Source: Eledone cirrhosa
Lineage: Eukaryota
Direction: 5' to 3'
Length of the DNA: 64,000 nt
Assembly: GCA_964016885.1 (NCBI GenBank)
Contig: OZ024742.1
Span: 358,484,001-358,548,000 of the forward strand
Shown: positions 49,901 to 61,858 of the stretch, one piece after another
Position numbering within the stretch: position 1 is the stretch's first letter
How the letters are laid out: every line of letters starts with the position of its first letter
The notes under the pieces: model-generated
The model's input: the letters and a program-made list of their open reading frames with translations, nothing else
What the model was told of the DNA's origin: nothing
The model's database searches: none
Made by a program: the position numbers and the translations under genes

Positions 49901-52900
49901 TAGTGGTAATGATGGTAGGTGTAGTTGTGGTGGTGGTGGTAGTGGTAATGATGGTAGGTGTAGTTGTGGTGGTGGTATTGGTAATGATGGTAGGTGTAGT
50001 TGTGGTGGTAGTGGTAATGATGGTAGGTGTAGTTGTGGTGGTGGTAGTGGTAAAATTGTTAGGTGTAGTTGTGGTGGTGCTGGTGGTAGTGGTAATGGTG
50101 GTAGGTGTAGTTGTGGTGGTTGTGGTAGTGGTAATGATGGTAGGTGTAGTTGTGGTGGTGGTAGTGGTAATGGTCGTAGGTGTAGTGGTGATGGTTGTGT
50201 TAGTGATAGTGATGGTATGTGTAGTTGTGGTGGTGGTAGTGGTAATGATGGTAGGTGTAGTTGTGGTGGTAGTGCTAATGGGGGTAGGTGTAGTTGTGGT
50301 GGTTGTGGTAGTGGTGGTAGGTGTAGTTGTGGTGGTGGTAGTATTGGTAATGATGGTAGGTGTAGTTGTGGTGGTGGTAATGGTAATGATGGTAGGTGTA
50401 AATGTGGTGGTGGTGGTAGTGGTAATGATGGTAGTTGTAGTTGTTGTTGTGGTAGTGGTAATGATGGTAGGTGTTGTTGTGGTGGTAGTGGTAATGATGG
50501 TAGGTGTGGTTGTGGTGGTGGTAGTGGTAATGTTGGTAGGTGTTGTTGTGGTGTTGATGGTGGTAGTGGTAAGGGTGGTAGGTGTAGTTGTGGTGGTTGT
50601 GGTTGTGGTAATGATGGTAGGTGTAGTTGTGGTGGTGGTAGTGGTAATGGTGGTAGGTGTAGTTGTGGTTGTGGTTGTGGTAGTGGTAATGGTGGTAGGT
50701 GTAGTTGGGGTGGTGGTGGTAGTGTTAATGATGGTAGGTGTAGTTATGGTGGTGGTAGTGGTAATGATGGTAGGTGTAGTTATGGTGGTAGTGGTAATGA
50801 TGGTAGGTGTAGTTATGGTGGTAGTGGTAATGATGGTAGGTGTAGTTGTGGTGGTGGTGGTAATGTTGGTAGGTGTAGTTGTGGTGGTGGTGGTAGTGGT
50901 AATGGTGGTAGGTGTAGTTGAGGTGGTTGTGGTAATGGTAATGATGGTAGGTGTAGTTGTGGTGGTGGTAGTGGTAATGGTGGTAGGTGTAGTTGTGGCG
51001 GTAGTGGTAATGATGGTAGGTGTAGTTGTGTTGGTGGTAGTCGTAATGTTGGTAGATGTAGTTGTGGTGGTGGTGGTGGTAGTGTTAATGGTGGTAGGTG
51101 TAGTTGTTTTGGTGGTGGTAATGGTAATGTGGTAGGTGTAGTTGTGGTGGTGGTAGTGGTATGGGTAATGGTGGTAGGTGTGGTTGTGGTTGTGGTAGTA
51201 GTAATGGTTGTAGGTGTAGATGTGGTGGTGGTGGTAGTGGTAACGGTGGTAGGTGTAGTTGTGGTGGAGGTGGTAGTTGTAGTTGTGGTGGTGGTTGTGG
51301 TAGTGGTAATTGTGGTAGGTGTAGTTGTGGTGGTGGTGGTAGTGGTAATGGTTGTAGGTGTAGTGGTGGTGGTGGTGGTAGTGGCAATGATGGTAGGTGT
51401 AGTTGTGCTGGTGGTGGTAGTGGCAATGTTGGTAGGTGTAGTTGTGGTGGTGGTGGTGGTAGTGGTAATGGTGGTAGGTGTAGTTGTGGTGGTTGTGGTA
51501 GTGGTAATGGTGGTAGGTGTAGTTGTCGTGGTGGTGGTAGTGGTAATGGTGGTAGGTGTTGTTGTGGTGGAGGTGGTAGTTGTAATGGTGGTAGGTGTAG
51601 TTGTGGTTGTGGTTGTGGTAGTGGTAATGGTGGTAGGTGTAGTTGTGGTGGTGGTGGTAGTGGTAATGACGGTAGGTGTAATTGTGGTGGAGGTGGTAGT
51701 TGTAATGGTGGTAGGTGTAGTTGTAGTGGTGGTTGTGGTAGTGGTAATGGTGGTAGGTGTAGTTGTGGTGGTGGTGGTAGTGTTAATGGTGGTAGGTGTA
51801 GTTGTGGTGGTGGTAGTGGTATTGGTGATAGGTGTAGTTGTGGTGGTGGTAGTAGTTGTAATGGTCGTAGGTGTAGTTGCGGTGGTGGTGGTAGTGTTAA
51901 TGGTCGTAGGTGTAGTGATGGTGGTAGTGGTAATGGTCGTATGTGTAGTTGTGGTGGTGGTAGTGGTAATGATGGTAGGTGTAGTTGTGGTGGTAGTGGT
52001 ATTGGTGGTAGGTTTAGTTGTGGTGGTAGTGGTAATGATGGTAGGTGTAGTTGTGGTGGTTGTGGTACTGGTAATGATGGTAGGTATAGTTGTGATGGTG
52101 GTGATAGTGACAATGGTCGTAGGTGTAGTTGTGTGGGTGGTGCTAGTGGTAATGGTGGTAGGTGTAGTTGTGGTTATGGTGATAGTGGTAATGATGGTAG
52201 GTGTAGTTATGGTGGTAGTGGTAATGTTGGTTGGTGTAGTTGTGGTGGTGGTAGTGGTAATGGTGGTAGGTGTAATTGTGGTGGTTGTGGTAGTGGTAGT
52301 AGTAATGATTGTAGGTGTAGTTGTGGTGGTAGTAGTGGTAGTTGTGGTAGATGTAGTTGCGGTGGTGGTAGTAGTGGTAATGATGGTATGTGTAGTTGTG
52401 GTGGTGGTAGTGGTAATGATGGTAGGTGTAGTTGTGGTGGTGGTGGTAGTGGTAATGATGGTAGGTGTAGTTGTGGTGGTGGTATTGGTAATGATGGTAG
52501 GTGTAGTTGTGGTGGTAGTGGTAATGATGGTAGGTGTAGTTGTGGTGGTGGTAGTGGTAAAATTGTTAGGTGTAGTTGTGGTGGTGCTGGTGGTAGTGGT
52601 AATGGTGGTAGGTGTAGTTGTGGTGGTTGTGGTAGTGGTAATGATGGTAGGTGTAGTTGTGGTGGTGGTAGTGGTAATGGTCGTAGGTGTAGTGGTGATG
52701 GTTGTGTTAGTGATAGTGATGGTATGTGTAGTTGTGGTGGTGGTAGTGGTAATGATGGAAGGTGTAGTTGTGGTGGTAGTGCTAATGGGGGTAGGTGTAG
52801 TTGTGGTGGTTGTGGTAGTGGTGGTAGGTGTAGTTGTGGTTGTGGTAGTAGTGGTTATGGAGGTAGGTGTAGTTGTGGTGGTGGTAGTAGTGGTAATGGT

Positions 52901-54285
52901 GGTAGGTGTGGTTGTGGTGGGGGTGGTAGTGGTAGTGGTAATGATGTTAGGTGTTCTTGTGGTGGTGGTAGTGGTATTGGTGGTGGTGGTAGTGGTATTG
53001 GTGGTAGGTGTAGTTGTGGTGTTGGTAGTAGTGGTGGTGGTAGTGGTAATGATGGTAGGTGTAGTTGTGGTTGTGGTGGTAGTGGTAATGATGGTAGGTG
53101 TAGTTGTGGTGGTGTTTGTGATAATTATGGTAGGTGTAGTTGTGCTGGTAGTGGTACTGATGGTAGGTTTCGTTGTGGAGGTGGTGGTAGTGGCAATGAT
53201 GGTAGGTGTAGTTGTGGTGGTGGTAGTGGTAATGGTGGTAGGTGTAGTTGTGGTGGTAGTGGTAATGATGTTTGGAGTTGTTTTGGTGGTGGTAGTGGTA
53301 ATGTTGGTAGGTGTAGTTGTGGTGGTGGTGGTGGTAGTGGTAGTGGTAATGATGGTAGGTGTAGTTGTGGTGGTAGTAGTGGTAATGGTTGTAGGTGTAG
53401 TTGCGGTGGTGGTAGTAGTGGTAATGGTGGTAGGTGTAGTTGTGGTGGTAGTGGTGGTAGGTATAGTTGTGGTGGTAGTGGTAGTAGTGTGGTAGGTGTA
53501 GTTGTGGTGGTGGTGGTAGTGCTATTGGTGGTAGGTGTAGTTGTGGTGGTGGTACTAGTGGTAATGTTGGTAGGTGTAGTTGTGCTGGTGGTGGTGGTAG
53601 TGCTGGTAGGTGTAGTTGTAGTGGTGGTTGTGGTAGTGGTAATGGTGGTAGGTGTAGTTGTGGTGGTGGTGGTAGTGTTAATGGTGGTAGGTGTAGTTGT
53701 GGTGGTGGTAGTGGTATTGGTGGTAGGTGTAGTTGTGGTGGTGGTAGTAGTGGTAATGGTCGTAGGTGTAGTTGCGGTGGTGGTGGTAGTGTTAATGGTG
53801 GTAGGTGTAGTTGTGCTGGTGGTGGTGGTAGTGGTGGTAGGTGTAGTTGTGGTGGTGGTGGTAGTGGTAATGGTGGTAGGTGTAGTTGTGCTGGTGGTAG
53901 TAGTGGTAATGGTGGTAGTGGTGGTAGGTGTAGTTGTGGTGGTGGTGGTGTTAGTGGTGGTAGGTGTAGTTGTGGTGGTGGTGGTGGTAGTGGTGGTAGG
54001 TGTAGTCGTGGTGGTGGTGGTGGTATTGGTGGTAGGTGTAGTTGTGGTGGTGGTGGTAGTGGTAATGGTGGTAGGTGGAGTTGTGGTGGCTTTAGTAGTG
54101 GTAATGGTGGTAGTGGTGGTAGGTGTAGTTGTGGTGGTGATGGTGTTAGTGGTGGTAGGTGTAGTTGTGGTGGTGGTGGTGGTAGTGGTGGTAGGTGTAG
54201 TTGTGATTGTGGTAGTAGTGGTAATTGTGGTAGGTGTAGTTGTGGTGGTGGTGGTGGTGGTGGTAGTGTTGGTAGTGGTAATGAC
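25951..54285. repeat. ~28-kb triplet-based G/T-rich minisatellite, variable unit of roughly 30-45 bp
   Basis: Unit GGT AGG TGT AGT TGT (GGT)n AGT GGT AAT (GAT/GGT) repeated throughout; length variation almost always in whole triplets; C nearly absent on the plus strand; kb-scale internal duplications. Confidence 0.97.
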
Positions 54286-54315
54286 AATTAATGGTTCAGA
54301 AAGGAATACCCTTGA

Positions 54316-54493
54316 GAATGATGGTGATAATAAGCATGATCATGTTGTTGACTATGATGATGATGATGATGATTGTGATAATATTGTTGACTATGATGAT
54401 GATGATGATAATAGTTTTGATGATGATGATAATTGTTGTAATGCACCTGAGCATTATACACAATAATTTCATTATCATCGTGATAATGATGAT
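54316..54493. repeat. Degenerate (GAT)n microsatellite in the spacer between the two large arrays
   Basis: TGTTGACTATGATGATGATGATGAT occurs twice (~54346 and ~54384), followed by further GAT/AAT runs. Confidence 0.85.
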
Positions 54494-54605
54494 TAAGTGT
54501 CTTGTTTGTGTTAATCAGTGGGTTTTTTTAAAGTTTTTTTTTCTATTCTTTGTGTTTTTGCTGTTTGACACGGAGAAGAGACAGGAGTATATAAATCATG
54601 GGTGG

Positions 54606-57600
54606 ATAACAACAACAGCAACAACAACACATACAACAACACTTACAACACTAATAACAAAAATAACAACACTAACAACACCAATAACAACAACTACAAG
54701 AACAACAACAACTACAAGAACAACAACAACACCTACAACAACAACACTAACAACAACACCAACAACAACACCAACAACAACACCACCAACAACACCAACA
54801 ACACCAACAACACCAACAACACCAACAACACCAACAACGACACCAACAACAGAGACACCAACAACAACGCCAACAACACCAACAACACAACAACAACACC
54901 AACATCACCAACACCAACACCAACAACAACAACACCAACAAGAACAACACCACCGACAACAACACCAACACCAACAACAACACCAACAACAACACCAACA
55001 ACACCAACAACACCAACAACAACACCAACAACAACAACAACAGCACCAACAACACCAATAACAGCACCAACAACACCAACAACACCAACAACAACACCAA
55101 CAACAATAACACCAACAACACCAACAACAACACCAACAATACCAACAACAACACCAACAACAACAACAACACAAACAACACCACCAACAACACCAACAAC
55201 ACCACACCAACAACACCAACAACACCAACAACAACAACACCAACAACAACACCACCAACAACAACAACAGCACCACCACCACCAACAACAACACCACCAC
55301 CAACAACAACAACACCAACACCAACAACAACAACAACACCAACAACACCAACAACACCAACGACGACAACAAAATCAACAACACCAACAACACCAAAACA
55401 ACACCACCAACAACAACACCAACAACACCAACAACAGCACCAACAACACCAACAACACCACCACCAACAACAACACCAACAACACTACACCAACAACACC
55501 AACAACACCAAAAACAACACCAACAACAACAACACCAACAAAATCACCACCAACAACAACACACCACCAACAACAACAACCACAACATCAACAACACCAA
55601 CAACAATACCAACAACAATAACACCAACAACACCAACAACAACACCAACAACACCAACCTCAACAACATCAACACCAACACCAACAACACCACCAACAAC
55701 AATAACACCAACAACACCAACGGCAACACCAACAACACCAACAACACCACCAACAACAACACCAACAACACGAACAACACCACCAACACAACAATACCAA
55801 CAACAACAACAACACCAACACCAACAGCACCAACAACACCAACCACAACACCAACAACAATACCACCTACAACACCACCAACAACACCACCACCATCAAC
55901 AACACCAACAACACCAACAACAATACCAACAACAACACCAACAACACCAACAACACCAACACCAACAACACCAAAAACAACACCAACAACAACAACACCA
56001 ACAACAACACCAACAATACCAACGACAACAACAACAACACCAACAACACCAACAACACCACCAACAACAACAGCACCAACAACACCAATAACAGCACCAA
56101 CAACACCAACAACAGCAACAACAATAGCAAGACCATCAACACCAACAACACCAACAACAACACCAAAAACAATAACACCAACAACACCAACAACAACACC
56201 AACAATACCAACAACAACAACAACAACAACAACACAAACATCACCAACAAGAACACCAACAACACCAACAACACCCCACCAACAACACCAACACCAACAA
56301 CAACACCAGCAACACCAAGAACAACAACACCAACAAAAACACCAACAACAACAACAACACCACCACCACCAACAACGACAACAACACCAACAACAACAAC
56401 ACCAACAACACCAACAACAACAACACCAACAGCAACAACAACAACAACAACAACACCAACAACACCAACGACGACAACAACAACAACACTAACAACAACA
56501 ACAACAGTACCAACAAAACCAACACCACCAACAACAACAACAACAACAACAAGACCAACAACACCAACAACACCAACAACAACACGACAACAACACCAAC
56601 ATCACCAACACCAACACCAACAACAACACCAACAACAACAAGACCAAAAACACCAACAACACCAACAACAACACCAACAACAATAACACCAACAACACCA
56701 ACAACAACACCAACAATACCAACAACAACACCAACAACACCAACCTCAACAACAACAACACCAACACCAACAACACCATCAACCACAATAACACCAACAA
56801 CACCAACAGCAACACCAACAACACCAACAACACCACCAACAACAACACCAACAACACCAACAACACCACCAACACAACAACACCAACAACACCAACAACA
56901 ACACCAACACCAACAACACCAACAACACCAACAACACCAACAACAACACCAACAACAATACCACCTACAACACCATCAACAACACCACCACCATCAACAA
57001 CACCAACAACACCAACAGCAACACCACCAACAACACCAACAATACCAACACCAACAATACCAGCAACAACACCAACAACAACACCAACAACACCAACAAC
57101 AACACGACAACAACACCAACATCACCAACACCAACACCAACACCAACAACAACACCAACAATACCAACAACACCAACAACAACACCAACAACAACAATAG
57201 CACCAACAACACCAATAACAGCACCAACAACACCAACAACAACAACAACAATAGCAAGACCAACAACACCAACAACACCAACAACAACACCAACAACAAT
57301 AACACCAACAACACCAACAACAACACCGACAATACCAACAACAACAACAAAAACAACAACAAACAACAACAACAACACAAACAACACCAACAGCAACACC
57401 AACAACACCAACAACACCCCACCAACAACACCAGCAACACCAACAACAACAACACCAACAACAATACCACCAACAACAACAACACTACCACCACCAACAA
57501 CAACAACAACACCAACAACAACAACACCAACAACACCAACAACAACAACACCAACAGCAACAACAACAACAACACCAACAACACCAACGACGACAACAAC

Positions 57601-58212
57601 AACAACACCAACAACAACAACAGCACCAACAACACCAACAACACCACCACCACCAACAACAACAACAACAACACAAACAACACCAACAACAACACCAACA
57701 ACACCAACAACACCAACAACAACACCAACAACAACAATACCAACAACAACACCACCAACAACAACAACACCACCACGACCAACAACAATAACAACACCAA
57801 CAACAACAACACCAACAACACCATCAACAACAACAACACCAACACCAACACCACCACCAACAACAACAATACCAACAACACCCACAACACCAATAACAGC
57901 ACCAACAACACCAACAACAACAACAACAACAGCAAGTCCAACAACACCAACAACACCAACAACACCAACAACACCAACAACAACACCAACAACAATAACA
58001 CCAACAACACCAACAACAACACCAACAATACCAACGACAACAACAACAACACCAACAACACCAACAACACCACCAACAACAACAGCACCAACAACACCAA
58101 TAACAGCACCAACAACAACAACAACAATAGCAAGACCATCAACACCAACAACACCAACAACAACACCAACAACAATAACACCATCAACACCAACAACAAC
58201 ACCAACAATACC

Positions 58213-58258
<46 letters not shown>

Positions 58259-61200
58259 CAAACATCACCAACAAGAACACCAACAACACCCCACCAACAA
58301 CACCAACACCAACAACAACACCAGCAACACCAACAACAACAACACCAACAAAAACACCACCAACAACAACAACACCACCAGCACCAACAACAACAACAAC
58401 ACCAACAACAACAACACCAACAACACCAACAACAACAACACCAACAGCAACAACAACAACAACAACAACACCAACAACACCAACGACGACAACAACAACA
58501 ACACTAACAACAACAACAACAGTACCAACAACACCAACACCACCACCAACAACAACAACAACAACAAGACCAACAACACCAACAACACCAACAACAACAC
58601 GACAACAACACCAACATCACCAACACCAACACCAACAACAACACCAACAACAACAAGACCAAAAACACCAACAACACCAACAACAACACCAACAACAATA
58701 ACACCAACAACACCAACAACAACACCAACAATACCAACAACAACACCAACAACACCAACCTCAACAACAACAACACCAACACCAACAACACCACCAACCA
58801 CAATAACACCAACAACACCAACAGTAACACCAACAACACCAACAACACCACCAACAACAACACCAACAACACCAACAACACCACCAACACAACAACACCA
58901 ACAACACCAACAACAACACCAACAACAATACCACCTACAACACCACCAACAACACCACCACCATCAACAACACCAACAACACCAACAACAACACCACCAA
59001 CAACACCAACAACACCAACACCAACAACACCAGCAACAACACCAACAACAACAACAACACCAACAACACCAACAACAACACGACAACAACACCAACATCA
59101 CCAACACCAACACCAACACCAACAACAACACCAACAATACCAACAACACCAACAACAACACCAACAACAACAATAGCACCAACAACACCAATAACAGCAC
59201 CAACAACACCAATAACAACAACAACAATAGCAAGACCAACAACACCAACAACACCAACAACAACACCAACAACAATAAAACCAACAACACCAACAACAAC
59301 ACCGACAATACCAACAACAACAACAAAAACAACAACAACAACAACAACAACACAAACTACACCAACAGCAACACCAACAACACCAACAACACCCCACCAA
59401 CAACACCAGCAACACCAACAACAACAACACCAACAACAATACCACCAACAACAACAACACTACCACCACCAACAACAACAACAACACCAACAACAACAAC
59501 ACCAACAACACCAACACCAACAACACCAACAGCAACAACAACAACAACACCAACAACACCAACGACGACAACAACAACAACACCAACAACAACAACAGCA
59601 CCAACAACACCAACAACACCACCACCACCAACAACAACAACAACAACACAAACAACACCAACAACAACACCAACAACACCAACAACACCAACTACACCAA
59701 CAACAACACCAACAACAACAACACCAACAACAACACCACCAACAACAACAACACCACCACGACCAACAACAATAACAACACCAACAACACCATCAACAAC
59801 AACAACACCAACACCAACACCAACACCACCACCAACAACAACAATACCAACAACACCAACAACACCAATAACAGCACCAACAACACCAACAACAACAACA
59901 ACAACAACAGCAAGTCCAACAACACCAACAACACCAACAACACCAACAACAACACCAACAACAATAACACCAACAACAACACCAACAATACCAACAACAA
60001 CACCAACAACAACAACAACACAAACAACACCAACAACAACACCAACAACACCAACAACACCACACCAACAACACCAACAACACCAACAACAAAAACACCA
60101 ACAACAACACCACCAACAACAACAACACCACCACCACCACCAACAACAACAACACCAACAACAACAACACCAACACCAACAACACCAACAACAACAACAC
60201 CAACAACAACAACACAAACACCAACAACACCAACGACGACAAGACCAACAACACCAACAACACCAAAACAACACCAACAACAACGACACGAACAACACCA
60301 ACAACACCACCAACAACACCAACAAAAACACCACCAATAACAACACCACCACCAACAACAACAACCACAACATTAACAACACCAACAACGACAACAACAA
60401 CAACACCAACAACACCAACAACAACACCAACAACACCAACCTCAACAACAACAACACCAACACCAACAACATCACCAACAACAATAACACCAACAACGCC
60501 AACAACAACACCAACAACACCAACAACACCACCAACAACAACACCAACCACACCAACAACACCAACAACACAACAACACCAACAACACCAACAACAACAC
60601 CAACACCACCAATAACACCGACAACAACACCAACAACAATACCACCAACAACACCACCACCAACACCACCACCATCAACAACACCAACAACAGCAACAAC
60701 AACACCAACAATAACACCACCAACAACACCAACAACACCAACACCAACAACACCAACAACAACACCAACAACATCAACACCAACAACAACACCAACAACA
60801 CTAACAACAACACAACAACAACACCAACATCACCAACACCAACACCAAAACCAACACCAACAATACCAACGACAACAACAACGACACCAACACACCAACA
60901 ACACCAACAACAACACCAACAACAACAACAGCACCAACAACAACACCACCAACAACAACACCAGCACCACCAACAACAACAACACCAACAACAACAACAC
61001 CAAAAACACCACCAACAACAACAACAACAACACCAACACCAACACCACCACCAACAACAACAACACCAACAACACCAACAACAACACCACCAACAAAACC
61101 AACAACAACAACAACACCAACAACAACAACAGCACCAACAACACCACCACCAACAACGACAACAACACCAACATCACCAACACCACCACCAACAACACCA

Positions 61201-61811
61201 ATAACAGCACCAACAACAGCACCAACAACACCAACAACAACACCAACAACAACAACAACACCAACAACACCAACAACACCACCAAAACCACCAACACAAC
61301 AACACCAACAACACCAACAACAACACCAACACCAACAACACCAACAACACCAACAACAACACCAACAACAATACCACCAACAACACTACCAACAACACCA
61401 CCACCATCAACAACACCAACAACACCAACAACAACACCAACAACAACACCACCAACAACACCAACAACACCAACACCAACAACACCAACAACAACACCAA
61501 CAACAACAACACCAACAACAACAACAACAACAACAACAACACCAACAACAACACAACAACAACACCAACGTCACCAACACCAACACCAACACCAACAACA
61601 ACACCAACAATACCAACGACAACAACAACAACATCAACAACACCAACAACACCAACAACAACACCAACAACAACAACAGCAACAACAACACCAATAACAG
61701 CACCAACAACACCAACAACAACAACAACATCAAGAACAACAACACCAACAACACCAAAAACAACACCAACAACAATAACACCAACAACACCAACAACAAC
61801 ACCAACAATAC

Positions 61812-61858
<47 letters not shown>

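Noticed and set aside
25942-54466. Very long poly-Val and Gly/Cys-rich (GRCSCGGGSGND) plus-strand ORFs resembling loricrin or keratin-associated proteins, and PPPQLHLP / His-Tyr minus ORFs
   Set aside because: Alternative readings of the same triplet repeat; the ORFs swap between these compositions at single-base shifts and have no unique termini or domains.
54587-54600. TATATAAA followed by ATG in the central spacer
   Set aside because: ATG lies only 3 nt after the motif, too close for a TATA-driven start, and that frame stops after three codons (ATG GGT GGA TAA).
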